Shown: piece after piece, positions 18,920 through 32,314 of the stretch | Layout: each line of letters begins with the position of its first letter | Position numbering within the stretch: the first letter of the stretch is position 1 | Origin: an uncultured delta proteobacterium | Lineage (GTDB): Bacteria; Myxococcota_A; Polyangia; Polyangiales; Polyangiaceae | DNA: 64,000 nt | Direction: 5' to 3' | Assembly: GCA_963806225.1 (NCBI GenBank) | Contig: CAWDXG010000004.1 | Coordinates: 992,001-1,056,000, forward strand | The notes under the pieces: model-generated | What the model was told of the DNA's origin: nothing | Databases searched by the model: none | What the model saw: the letters and a program-made list of their open reading frames with translations, nothing else | Position numbers and translations under genes: made by a program

Positions 18920-19789
18920 ATGACTGCTGATGCCCGTCCCCGGAGGAGTGTCCTGTACATGCCCGGCTCGAACGCCCGCGCGCAGGAAAAGGCCAAGGGC
19001 CTGCCTGCCGACGGCCTGATCCTCGATCTGGAGGACGCGACGAGCCCGGACGCCAAGCAGGCCGCGCGCGATCAGGTCTGCCAGTCGGTGCGGAGCGGAG
19101 GCTACGGCCGGCGCGAGCTGGTCATCCGCATCAACGGATTGGAGACGCCCTGGGGCAAGACGGATCTGGAGGCTGCATCGAAGGCCGGTCCCGACGCCAT
19201 CCTGATCCCGAAAGTGGAGCGCCCGGAGCAGGTGCTGGACGTGGAGAAGCTCATGGAGAGCCACGGCGCGCCGGCACACACGGCCATCTGGTGCATGATG
19301 GAGACACCGCTCGGCATCCTGCGAGCGCAGGAAATCGCCGCGGCGAGCTCGCGCATCCGCTGCCTGGTGATGGGCACGTCGGATCTGACGAAGGATCTGC
19401 ACGCGCGGCACACGCCGATGCGGCTGCCCATGCTGACCTCGCTGGGGCTGTGCCTGCTCGCGGCCCGCGCCTACGGGCTGGCGATCCTCGACGGCGTGTT
19501 CCTGGATCTGGACGACGAGGAAGCCTTTCACGAGTCGTGTCTGCAGGGGCTGGAGCTGGGCTTCGACGGCAAGACGCTGATCCACCCCAAGCAGGTCGCG
19601 CCGTGCAATGCGGTCTTCTCGCCGTCGCCCGCCGCGGTGGAGCGCGCGCAGCGCGTAATCGAGGCGCACACCGCAGCGCGCAAGGAGGGCAAGGGCGTGG
19701 TGGTGCTCGACGGCAAACTGGTCGAGAATCTGCATGTCGAGGAGGCCAAGCGGATGGTAGCGCTCGCGGACGCCATCTCGACCGAATAG
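18920..19789 (+). CDS. CitE-family CoA ester lyase, probable (3S)-malyl-CoA thioesterase Mcl2
   Basis: [54 protein letters not shown] pathway context. Confidence 0.8.
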   Translation: MTADARPRRSVLYMPGSNARAQEKAKGLPADGLILDLEDATSPDAKQAARDQVCQSVRSGGYGRRELVIRINGLETPWGKTDLEAASKAGPDAILIPKVERPEQVLDVEKLMESHGAPAHTAIWCMMETPLGILRAQEIAAASSRIRCLVMGTSDLTKDLHARHTPMRLPMLTSLGLCLLAARAYGLAILDGVFLDLDDEEAFHESCLQGLELGFDGKTLIHPKQVAPCNAVFSPSPAAVERAQRVIEAHTAARKEGKGVVVLDGKLVENLHVEEAKRMVALADAISTE

Positions 19790-19790
19790 T

Positions 19791-19826
19791 GTGACATTTT
19801 GACACATATTCGTAGCAAAATGTCAC
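19791..19826. promoter_or_regulatory. inverted repeat GTGACATTTTG-N14-CAAAATGTCAC upstream of mcd
   Basis: perfect 11-bp arms in an AT-rich intergenic patch, upstream of a TTGACG-N17-TATGAG promoter candidate. Confidence 0.65.
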
Positions 19827-19911
19827 GCTGCGGGGCTGGCGGTCGGTTGACGCGCCGCGTAGAAGACCCTATGAGAACACGTCGGATTTCTGCTCTGGAG
19901 GAGCTGGGACG

Positions 19912-21609
19912 ATGACTGGAACACCCGCCCCGGGAGCCCCGCGACCCGACGAACTGGAGCCGGCCGTCGCGGCCGTGGAGGAACTGTACCGCCGGGCGCT
20001 GTCGAAGCTGCTATCCAAGGTGGTCGACCAGGACAAGGGTCGCGTCTCCGGAAAGCTGCTCGAAGAGCACCAGCTGGCCGCGCACGCCCTGGCCTACCTC
20101 GCCACGGAGCTGGAAGCCTCCCGCCAGCTCGTCGCGTGGGCGAAGCGCGTCAGCGCGGACGGCTCGGGCGGCGAGCTGGAGCTCCGCCTCGCCGGCGCGT
20201 ACGTCGGCGAGCTGGTGCGCGAGCTGCCAGGCGGCGTGAACCTGGGCGCCTGCGAGTCGCTCGGCCTCGGCGAGATGGGGCTCACGGCGGACGACGTGAA
20301 GAGCACGCTGCTCGCTTCCGGAGTACAGGCGATCGCCGAGCGCCACGCGTCAGGCGATGCGGTCTGCCAGCTGGCGCGCCTTTCGCACGAGCAGAGCAGC
20401 TTCGGCGCGCTCGGGCTGGGCGACGAGACGCTGGAAGCGATCCAGAGCGAGTTCCGCAAGTTCGCCCAGCGCGAAGTCGATCCGATCGCGCAGGACGTGC
20501 ACCGCAAGGACGTGCTCATCCCGATGGAGCTCATCGACAAGATGAGCGAGCTCGGTGTGTTCGGGTTGACGATCCCGGAGGAATACGGCGGGCAGGGCCT
20601 GGGCAAGGTCGCGATGTGCGTGGTGACCGAGGAGCTCAGCCGCGGCTACATCGGTGTCGGCTCGCTCGGCACGCGCGCCGAGATCGCCGCGGAGCTGATC
20701 CTGGGCGGCGGCACCGACGAGCAGAAGCAGGAGTGGCTGCCGAAGCTCGCCACCGGCGAGGTGCTACCGACGGCGGTCTTCACCGAGCCGAACTACGGCT
20801 CGGATCTGGCGCACATCAAGACGCGCGCCGAGAAACAGGCGGACGGCTCCTGGCGCGTGAACGGCCAGAAGACATGGATCACGCACGCCACGCGCGCCAA
20901 CCTGATGACGCTGCTCGCCCGCACCAATCCGGACGACGACGGCTACTCGGGACTGAGCATGTTCCTGGCGCCCAAACAGCGCGGCAGCGAGGACAAGCCC
21001 GAGACCGGAGGTTTCCCCGACGAGGGCATCACCGGCACCGAGATCAAGGTGCTCGGCTACCGCGGCATGAAGGAGTTCGAGATCGGCTTCGACAACTTCG
21101 CGGTGCCGGCCGGGGCGCTGCTGGGCGGCAAGCAGGGCCAGGGTTTCAAACAGCTAATGGTCACCTTCGAGAGCGCGCGCATCCAGACAGCGGCGCGCGG
21201 TGTCGGCATCGCCCAGGCAGCGCTCGAAGAGGCGACGAAGTACGCGCACGAACGCATCCAGTTCGGGGCGCCGATCGCGAAGTTCCCGCGCGTGCAACGC
21301 AAGTTGGGCCGCATGATCGCGCGCAACATGGCCACGCGGCAGCTGACATATTTCGCCGCGCGCGAGAAGGACAGTGGCAAGCGTTGCGATCTGGAAGCCG
21401 GGATGGCCAAGCTGCTCGGCACCCGCGCCGCCTGGGAAGCAGCAGATGCGTGCGTGCAGATCCACGGCGGCAACGGCTACGCCGAGGAATACGTGGCGTC
21501 GCGGCTGCTGGTCGACGCGCGCGTGCTCAGCATCTTCGAGGGTGCCAACGAGATCCAGGCGCACGTGATCGCGCGACGGCTGCTTGAACAGGGCATGCAG
21601 AAGGCCTGA
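19912..21609 (+). CDS. mcd: (2S)-methylsuccinyl-CoA dehydrogenase
   Basis: acyl-CoA dehydrogenase with long N-terminal extension; TAVFTEPN.GSDL, LGYRGMKE, TFESARIQTAAR, IFEGA; SD GGAGGA. Confidence 0.9.
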   Translation: MTGTPAPGAPRPDELEPAVAAVEELYRRALSKLLSKVVDQDKGRVSGKLLEEHQLAAHALAYLATELEASRQLVAWAKRVSADGSGGELELRLAGAYVGELVRELPGGVNLGACESLGLGEMGLTADDVKSTLLASGVQAIAERHASGDAVCQLARLSHEQSSFGALGLGDETLEAIQSEFRKFAQREVDPIAQDVHRKDVLIPMELIDKMSELGVFGLTIPEEYGGQGLGKVAMCVVTEELSRGYIGVGSLGTRAEIAAELILGGGTDEQKQEWLPKLATGEVLPTAVFTEPNYGSDLAHIKTRAEKQADGSWRVNGQKTWITHATRANLMTLLARTNPDDDGYSGLSMFLAPKQRGSEDKPETGGFPDEGITGTEIKVLGYRGMKEFEIGFDNFAVPAGALLGGKQGQGFKQLMVTFESARIQTAARGVGIAQAALEEATKYAHERIQFGAPIAKFPRVQRKLGRMIARNMATRQLTYFAAREKDSGKRCDLEAGMAKLLGTRAAWEAADACVQIHGGNGYAEEYVASRLLVDARVLSIFEGANEIQAHVIARRLLEQGMQKA

Positions 21610-21627
21610 TCCGCGGGAGGAAGACCC

Positions 21628-22713
21628 ATGAGCAGAATCCTCAAGCCTAGCTACGGGCGTCGCCTGGATGACTTCAAGCCGGGTCATGTCTACGAGCACC
21701 CGTGGGACGTGACGGTGGACGAGGGCATGGCGGCCTTCTTCGCTGCGTCGTTCCAGGACGCTACGCCAACGTTCGCGAGCCGCACCTACGCGCAGGCGCT
21801 GGGTTTCCGCGACCGGCCGGTGCACCCGCTCTTGCTGCTCAATCTGGGGCTCAGCTTCAGTGTGCACGACGTGAGCGAGCAGGCGATCGCGCATCTCGCC
21901 TACATCGACGTGCGCTTTCCCGAGCCCTGCTACGCGGGCGATACGCTGACGGCATCGAGCCAGGTGCTGTCGCAGAAGCCGACCTCGAAGGGCGACCGCG
22001 GCGTAGTGGAGGTGCGCACCGTTCTCTCGAACGAGCGTGGCGACGTGGTGTGCCGCTTCGATCGCAAGGCGCTGGTGCGGGCCGGCGCGGTGAGTGGACG
22101 TCCGGCGGATCCCTGGCCGGAGGCGACGCAGCCGGACACGGCGGATGTGCCGCACCTGCCGGCGGTGCTGCGTGAAGGCGTGAAGGCGCCGGCGCGTCGC
22201 GCGGGCTTCGCGGGGTTCTTCGAGGACTTCGAGGTGGGCGACGTGATCGCACACACCGTCGGCAAGACGGTGGGCGAGTCGGAGCACATGCAGCTCACCC
22301 AGCTCTGCCGGAACTCCCACCCCATCCACTTCGACGAGGTCTACTGCAAGGAAAACTCCTTCGCGAAGACGCGCGTGGTGTACGGGGGCCTGGTGCTGTC
22401 GTGGGTGCTCGCGCTCACCAGCCGCGACGTCACCGGCAACGCCGTCTGGGACATGGGGCTCGACCAGGGCGCGCATCCGGGCGGCGTGACAGCCGGGGAC
22501 ACGCTGTACGCGAACACCAAGGTGCTGGAGAAGGAGGACGCAGGCCCCGGCGCCGGCATCCTGACGCTGCGCGTGGTCGGCACGCGGAACACGCCGGGCG
22601 GGGCTCTGGTCGAGCGGGGGCTGTTCGAGCCGGAGCTCGCGAAAAGGGACGACAAGCTGAAAGAGAAGGTCGTCGAGATCACGCGCCGCGTCCTGGTCCG
22701 CAAGCGCCCCTGA
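21628..22713 (+). CDS. mch: mesaconyl-C1-CoA hydratase (double hot-dog MaoC)
   Basis: two MaoC units (GR.LDDF..G..Y.H; FFEDF.VGD.I.H..GKTV.ESEH...N..P.HFD; VYGG); cotranscribed with mcd. Confidence 0.82.
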   Translation: MSRILKPSYGRRLDDFKPGHVYEHPWDVTVDEGMAAFFAASFQDATPTFASRTYAQALGFRDRPVHPLLLLNLGLSFSVHDVSEQAIAHLAYIDVRFPEPCYAGDTLTASSQVLSQKPTSKGDRGVVEVRTVLSNERGDVVCRFDRKALVRAGAVSGRPADPWPEATQPDTADVPHLPAVLREGVKAPARRAGFAGFFEDFEVGDVIAHTVGKTVGESEHMQLTQLCRNSHPIHFDEVYCKENSFAKTRVVYGGLVLSWVLALTSRDVTGNAVWDMGLDQGAHPGGVTAGDTLYANTKVLEKEDAGPGAGILTLRVVGTRNTPGGALVERGLFEPELAKRDDKLKEKVVEITRRVLVRKRP

Positions 22714-22734
22714 GCCGGGGGGAAGCGCGCATCG

Positions 22735-23724
22735 ATGGCCGATTGGTACGTCCGGCACGATAACGAGGACCCGATCGGTCCGGTGCCCGCGGAGCTGCTG
22801 GTACGCGGCATCGCGGCGGGCAAGGTACCGGCGGACGCCGAGGTGTGCGAGATCGGCACCGACGAGTGGTTGCCACTCGAGGCGATCGAGGAGTTCCAGG
22901 ACGCCTTGCCCGATGACGGCGTGCAGACGCGGGTGATCGAGTCGCCGTGGTTCATGGACCAGACGAACCCGAGCCGACCGGGCGCTACGCTGCCCGCGGC
23001 CTACACCGAGGACGACGACGCCGCCACGCGCGTCGCTTCCACGCCGTTCGGCGACTCGCAGCCCGGCGTTCCACTGCCGTCGTCGCCGCGTCCCGCGGCC
23101 GGGGTGCCGAAGCCGCCCGTCGCTTCGCGACCGGTCGCCTCACGACCGGTCGCCTCGCGACCACTGGCGCCGCCTGCACCGCCGCCGTCCCGACACGGCG
23201 CGCCGCCGCCGCCCATATCGTCGCGGCGCGGCGCTCCCCCGCCTCCTGCAGCGCCATCGAAGCCGCGAAAGGCGCCTTCCGCGCCGCGGGCCCAGCCACC
23301 ACCGAAGCCGGCCGCGGGCGCGGCGTCGGCCCGCTACGACGAGGTGGACGACGACGCCGCCACACGCGTCGCGCAGGCGCCGAGCGAGCGCGCAGCCGCC
23401 TTCCCTCCCCCACAGCCTGCAGCCGGCACACCGGCAGTGCCTCCGGCTCCGCCGGCGCTTACCCCGCTGCCTGGCGCAGGACATGCCGCGCTGGCTGGGA
23501 GTCTGGACGCCACCATGCCGGACACCCCGGCGGCGCGTCCGGCACCGCCGGCACGTCCCGGGGCACCCACGGTGCCAGCGACGCGGCAGCCACCCCAGGG
23601 TCCGCCTCTTCAGCCCCAGCCCGCGCCTGCACCTGCGGAGCGAAGCCTGTTGCCGCTGGTGCTGTTGATCCTCGTGCTGGCACTGGCGCTCGTCGCGGTG
23701 CTCTACCTGCTCGCGAACCGCTAG
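22735..23724 (+). CDS. GYF_2 (DUF4339) domain, Pro-rich, C-terminally anchored membrane protein
   Basis: WYV......GP....L...I..G.V.....V...G...W.P pattern; Pro-rich linker; C-terminal TM helix. Confidence 0.78.
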   Translation: MADWYVRHDNEDPIGPVPAELLVRGIAAGKVPADAEVCEIGTDEWLPLEAIEEFQDALPDDGVQTRVIESPWFMDQTNPSRPGATLPAAYTEDDDAATRVASTPFGDSQPGVPLPSSPRPAAGVPKPPVASRPVASRPVASRPLAPPAPPPSRHGAPPPPISSRRGAPPPPAAPSKPRKAPSAPRAQPPPKPAAGAASARYDEVDDDAATRVAQAPSERAAAFPPPQPAAGTPAVPPAPPALTPLPGAGHAALAGSLDATMPDTPAARPAPPARPGAPTVPATRQPPQGPPLQPQPAPAPAERSLLPLVLLILVLALALVAVLYLLANR

Positions 23725-23742
23725 CGAGGGAGAGCACGGGCC

Positions 23743-27339
<3,597 letters not shown>

Positions 27340-28497
27340 GCCGACGGGGCTCCCGCATCGGCCGGCGCGGCCTTCACGACTTCCGCCTGGATGGCGGCGC
27401 GCAGCTGGAGCGCCAGCATGCAGCTGTTGGCCTGGCGCTGCGCGGCGGCCGCGGTCTCCTTGTCGCGAACAACGCGATCGCCGACAGGAATGATCCTTCC
27501 CTGTGCGCGCGCCCTGAGCCCCGCCAGCTGCTTGCCGCTCTGCAGATCCCACACGCCGATCCGCGCGAAGTGATCGGTGCGCTGGACGCGCTGCTCGTCG
27601 GTTTCGGCGCCTGCATCGCCCAGCGCCTTCGGCAACCCGTGTGCCGGCGTCTCGTCCAGCACGGCTGTGAAGTACCTGGCCCGCGTCAGGATCTCGATCG
27701 CGATGGGCACGTCGTTGTGGGTGACGCGATCCAGGTCGCGGTCGTACGCTGTGATACCCAGATCGCTGCTCGCCTGGTGCAGCTCGTCGGACCATTCGGT
27801 CGACAGCACGCGGAGCGCTCGATACGCGAGCCGCATGTTGTACGGCTCCGCCGGACGCGTGCACACGTCCCACTCGTTGCAGAGCAGGCCGGGGGCGCAG
27901 TCGGAAAGCGCCTTGCAGGGCGGGCCCTTCTGCGGGTCGACGGCCTTCGACCTCACGAAGAAACACGACGTGAAGCCGTCGTGCAGCGAGCTGGACGACG
28001 CTTTGCGGATCGATTTCGCGCTCCGCGCGTTCTCGATGTCGAGTCGCAGGTACACGCCGGGGCTGTGCGTGATGTTCGACAGGTCGACGGAAGGCGCCAC
28101 GTAGTCGCCCTTCCAGGGGCCGGCGAGCTTCTGCACCCAGCCCTCGATGCGATCGCGAAACGGCAGGATCTTCGGGCCGAGCGTCTTGGCGATGGCACGC
28201 TGCTTGGCCATCACCGCGCTCCTCTGGCTTTCGAGGCGACCCTCGGTGATGCGCCAGTAGACGACCCCGAACGCCCCGAGAACGACCGCCACCCAGATCC
28301 AGAACTGGGGCGTCACCCCCACCAGGCGCGCCTTGCCGAACGGCGTCGCGCGCCGCCGTTCGGCGCGCGCCTGGTTCAGAGAAGGGAGCCCAGGCTGGTG
28401 CTCCTCGCGCCCGCTTCCGCTTTGCTTCGCCAAGGCCTGCGCCCGGGATCAGCCGACTGGTCCGCCGGGGCGCGTGCGCCCGGCTGGACCGGAGGCA

Positions 28498-29070
28498 TCA
28501 GCCACCGGGCTTGCCCAGACGGCCGACCATGAAGCTGATGTTGGGAAAGCCGGCGAAGGCCGAGGTCTGGAACACGCTCTTGACCACGAGCGCGGGAACC
28601 TTGCGGTCGACCTGGAGGATGGCCACGCCCGGGAAGGGCTTGCCGGGATTGACCTGCTTCCACAGCTCGCGCTTGTTCTTCAGCACGTTGAACAGCTCGT
28701 CCACGCGCTGCAGACGATTGGCTTCCTCGATGGCGCGGGTGCTGCCCGCCGGGTTTCCGTCGACGAGGATCTGCGTGCCGGTGATCGCGACCATCGGCGC
28801 GTCCACCATGTCCATCACGTTCTCTGCCTTGGGCAGCGTGACATTCTTGTCGACCGGCATCTGGCCGGTCGCCGAGAAGCTGGCCAGCAGGAAGAGCACG
28901 ATGCAGAGCAGGAAGTCGATGAACGGGATCAGCGGGATCTCGTGATTCGACGAGCGCCGTGCGCCGCCGACGACCTTCTGCCGCACGAACCCAAGTGGGA
29001 TGTGGTGCAGCAGCCGACGGCCCGGCACCTTGATGGGCTGCTCGAAACGGGAAAGAGCCTTTTCCGACAT
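28498..29070 (-). CDS. ExbD/TolR family protein (AglS-like paralog)
   Basis: TM helix IPLIPFIDFLLCIVLFLL with conserved Asp; C-terminal ILQVDR.VP...VK.V. Confidence 0.9.
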   Translation of the reverse strand: MSEKALSRFEQPIKVPGRRLLHHIPLGFVRQKVVGGARRSSNHEIPLIPFIDFLLCIVLFLLASFSATGQMPVDKNVTLPKAENVMDMVDAPMVAITGTQILVDGNPAGSTRAIEEANRLQRVDELFNVLKNKRELWKQVNPGKPFPGVAILQVDRKVPALVVKSVFQTSAFAGFPNISFMVGRLGKPGG

Positions 29071-29076
29071 GATGAC

Positions 29077-29646
29077 TCAGTTCACCGCGAAGGTGACGTT
29101 GAAGGACGGCACCTTCTCGCTCTTGCCTCCGAACGAGAAGTCGCGCTGCGGCGTGTAGATCGCGTCGATGACCGCGATCACGTCCGAGAAGGGCGTGGTG
29201 TTGTCGGTGTGGAGCACGGCCTGATCGAACTTCTTGTCGGTCGGCGCGCGGTGGCTGCCGTTCTGCTTCCATTCCGAGGAGATCTTCTTCGCCAGGTCCG
29301 GGTACGTGTAGTCACCCGACGAGCCGATCTTCACCTTCTTGCGGGGAACGTCGATCGTGTTGACCACGGTGCTCCCCTCCTTCCAGACGAGCTGGAACTT
29401 GCGGTCGCCCCGCATCTCGACGTGAAGCTGCTTCTCCTTCTTCACGTCCACCGGCTGATCCGGCTTGGGAGGGCCGGGCACGCGGGCGTCGGCGTTGATC
29501 CGGGCCATCTGCGACCAGACGGCCGTGACCAACAGGAACATCACGAGGCACAGGAGGAAGTCGATGAACGGGATCAGCGGGATCTCGTGATTCGACGAGC
29601 GCCTCCCTCCGTGACCACCACCACCACCGGTATCGATACCAGCCAT
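29077..29646 (-). CDS. ExbD/TolR family protein (AglQ-like paralog)
   Basis: IPLIPFIDFLLCLVMFLLVTAVW; ..PFSDVIAVID. Confidence 0.9.
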   Translation of the reverse strand: MAGIDTGGGGGHGGRRSSNHEIPLIPFIDFLLCLVMFLLVTAVWSQMARINADARVPGPPKPDQPVDVKKEKQLHVEMRGDRKFQLVWKEGSTVVNTIDVPRKKVKIGSSGDYTYPDLAKKISSEWKQNGSHRAPTDKKFDQAVLHTDNTTPFSDVIAVIDAIYTPQRDFSFGGKSEKVPSFNVTFAVN

Positions 29647-29737
29647 TGCTGCTCCTTCTAGCTACGCCCTGTCAGACAAATGCCAGTCCGACGGGGCCGC
29701 ACCACGCTGGCGCGGCCCGCCGGCATGCGCTGGCTTC

Positions 29738-30397
29738 TCAGGCCGCCTGCTCCAGGCCCTGGAGATTGACCTTCTGACGGTTGGCAACGACCAGGTTGAG
29801 GATCTGGACGGACGACTCGTTGATGTCGTCCTCGATCTGCTGGGTCTTGCCGTTGAGCACGGCGAAGCCGACCAGCGCGGAGATGGCGGCGATCAGACCG
29901 AAGGCCGTGCAGTTCATCGCCTCCGAGATGCCCTCTGCCAGGATGCGCGCCTTCTGGCTCGGATCGATCGACTCGCCACCGACGGCGCCGAACGCCTTGA
30001 TGAGTCCGACAATCGTTCCGAAGAGGCCGGTCAGCATCGCGACGTTGGCGAACAGAGCCAGGTAGCCGGTGCGCTTGTTGATGCGCGGCATCTCGCGCAG
30101 GGCGGCCTCGTCCATCGCGGCCTGCACCTCTTCGTCAGGCCGATTCACCTTGACCAGACCAGCCTGGACAATGCGAGCCAACGGAGCGTTGGCGGCCGAG
30201 CACATCTTGACGGCCTTGGCTACGTCGCCAGCGAGGATGCACTTCTGCATCGTCGCAAGGAACACGTCTTTGTTGATCGACGCGCCCCACAGATAGACGG
30301 CGCGCTCCGCGATGACAGCGATGGCGCAGACCAACCAGAATAGGATGATCCACATCGCCCATCCGCCCGCCTGAAAGTGATGCCACAGAGTCGACAT
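29738..30397 (-). CDS. MotA/TolQ/ExbB proton channel protein
   Basis: three TM segments; A.L.GLFGTIVGLI; GISEAMNCTAFGL. Confidence 0.93.
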   Translation of the reverse strand: MSTLWHHFQAGGWAMWIILFWLVCAIAVIAERAVYLWGASINKDVFLATMQKCILAGDVAKAVKMCSAANAPLARIVQAGLVKVNRPDEEVQAAMDEAALREMPRINKRTGYLALFANVAMLTGLFGTIVGLIKAFGAVGGESIDPSQKARILAEGISEAMNCTAFGLIAAISALVGFAVLNGKTQQIEDDINESSVQILNLVVANRQKVNLQGLEQAA

Positions 30398-30951
30398 TGC
30401 TGGTTACCTTCCGGTTGTGTTCGGCTTTTTTCTCGGCGTGGGTTCGGGCCCCCCCGGCTCCGCCTGGCGGACCGGGAACCGACTTCAGCCACATTCGTCT
30501 CGATACCCGCTCCACCCATGTCCACGGAGCGGACGGAGCCATCTTGCTGAAGCAGACCCCACACAGTCAAGAGAGATTGGGTCGCCGGGAAGTATTCGCG
30601 CGGCAGCATAAAGTTACAGGAATCCAACATGTTCCGGCATTTTCATGTTGCCCGGCGTCGGTCGCTTTTTGCGCGCGGACATTCCACCGGGTCTTCTCCG
30701 CCCCGTCGACAGAAGGACACAGCTCCCCTCCGCGCAGGAGCCGCACCGGGCGATATCGAACCACCTCGATAAGTACCGACGCCCGGGCCAGGCGTCGGCC
30801 GTCTGGTCGGCAGCCCATGCACCGGCGGGTAGCGTCCCGGACCGCCCGCGGGAAAGGCACGCGAGCGTCGGATCCCATGCGCCTGACATGCGCAGGAGGA
30901 CGCGCCGTTTCGACCCGTCCGCGGAGCCAGACCGTTCGTGAATCCGCACGC

Positions 30952-30981
30952 TTGCACTGTGTCTCGCGCGGCGGCTATAGT
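30952..30981 (+). promoter_or_regulatory. sigma70-type promoter candidate for the plus-strand TolQRR operon
   Basis: TTGCAC-N18-TATAGT about 80 nt upstream of ATG 31061. Confidence 0.45.
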
Positions 30982-31060
30982 CGCGCCTGCTTCAGCGCGG
31001 CGTCGCGCGGGGTGCGCACCAACGACGTCAGAAGAATGATCCTGGGAAAGGGATAGCCGA

Positions 31061-31738
31061 ATGCAGCTCCTGCTTCTTGCAGCGGTAGGTTCATCAGGCC
31101 ACGCGAGCCAGTTGGTCGAGGCGTTCAAGAACAACCCGACCTTCCTCACCTTGAATCTGGTGACCTCGGCGGTCGTGATGACCATCGTTGTCGAGCGATT
31201 CTCGTTCCAGTTGACGCGCTATCGCGTCAACTCGAAGGAGTTCTTCGCCCAGGTCAGGAAGCTCGTCGTCGCCGGCAACATCGACCGCGCTATCAAGCTC
31301 TGCGAGGCCAGCGACTACCCGATTCTGCAATTGGTCAAGTCGGGATTGACGCACGCCAACAAGGGTCCGGACGAGATCGACGCGGCGTTGAGCGAGAAGC
31401 TCTCCGAGCTGAAGCCTCAGGCCGAGAAGAGGGTAGGTGCCCTCTGGTCGCTAGCCAACATCGCCACCCTGATCGGCCTGCTCGGCACGGTCAGCGGCTT
31501 GATCCGGACGTTCAACGCGATCTCCGCGGCGGGCCTTTCCCAGGCCGACAAGCAGCGCATGCTGTCCAACGGTATCGCAGAGGCGATGTACAACACGGCG
31601 CTCGGTCTCGGCATCGCCGTGTTCTGCATGATCACGCACATCATCCTCCACACGCGCGCCAAGGCCATCCAGCATGACCTCGACTCGACGATGGAGCGCA
31701 CGTTCAATCTGCTGACGATCCAGCAGCGCGGAGGCTGA
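31061..31738 (+). CDS. MotA/TolQ/ExbB proton channel, AglR-like
   Basis: ANIATLIGLLGTV.GLI; GIAEAMYNTALGL; first gene of a Q-R-R triplet. Confidence 0.92.
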   Translation: MQLLLLAAVGSSGHASQLVEAFKNNPTFLTLNLVTSAVVMTIVVERFSFQLTRYRVNSKEFFAQVRKLVVAGNIDRAIKLCEASDYPILQLVKSGLTHANKGPDEIDAALSEKLSELKPQAEKRVGALWSLANIATLIGLLGTVSGLIRTFNAISAAGLSQADKQRMLSNGIAEAMYNTALGLGIAVFCMITHIILHTRAKAIQHDLDSTMERTFNLLTIQQRGG

Positions 31739-31750
31739 GCCAAGGCGCCT

Positions 31751-32314
31751 ATGGCCCAGGCCCCTACCCCGCTCAGCGCCGCCCAGCGGGCCAAGGTCCG
31801 CCGGTTGAGCGAGCCCCAGGAGCTGTCCCCCGATGAGGAGGGCGGCGAGCTCAACATCGTTCCGTTCCTGGACATCATCGTCAACATCCTGATCTTCATG
31901 CTGGCGACGATCTCGGTCACGTTCATCGCGACGATCGACACGACGCCGCCGGCAAGCCACTCGGCGGGCGTCCGCGCCAAGGTCAAGAGCGAGGCGCTGA
32001 ACCTCACCGTCCTCATCGTGAACGACGGCTTCTCGATCAAGGCGTCGGGCGGCAACGTCGCACCCGGCTGCGAAGGCGTCGGCGCCGGCATCGCGATCCC
32101 GAAAAAGAACGGCAAGTACGACTACGGCGCGCTCAACAAGTGCGCCGCCAAGCTCAAGGGCTCGAACCCGGACTACGCCGACGAGACGCAGGTCTACCTC
32201 AGCGCCAATCCCGGTACCGACTACCAGACCATCATCAGTGTGATCGACGCGGTTCGCACGACGCCGAAGGGCAACGCGTTGTTCGATGACGTGAACTTCA
32301 AGGTGCCGCAATGA
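31751..32314 (+). CDS. ExbD/TolR family, AglQ-like
   Basis: EEGGELNIVPFLDI..N..IFML, resembling the Myxococcus AglQ TM segment as I recall it. Confidence 0.88.
   Translation: MAQAPTPLSAAQRAKVRRLSEPQELSPDEEGGELNIVPFLDIIVNILIFMLATISVTFIATIDTTPPASHSAGVRAKVKSEALNLTVLIVNDGFSIKASGGNVAPGCEGVGAGIAIPKKNGKYDYGALNKCAAKLKGSNPDYADETQVYLSANPGTDYQTIISVIDAVRTTPKGNALFDDVNFKVPQ

Noticed and set aside
17823..22713. 3-hydroxypropionate bi-cycle (autotrophy)
   Set aside because: MCL and Mch are shared with EMC; no malonyl-CoA reductase, propionyl-CoA synthase or mesaconyl-CoA transferase in the window, whereas ccr, ecm and mcd are present
30398..31060. Cobalamin riboswitch or small ORFs between the ExbBD-like operons
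   Set aside because: I could not recognise a B12 box or other riboswitch consensus, and the ORFs lack coding bias; a covariance search would be needed to exclude an RNA
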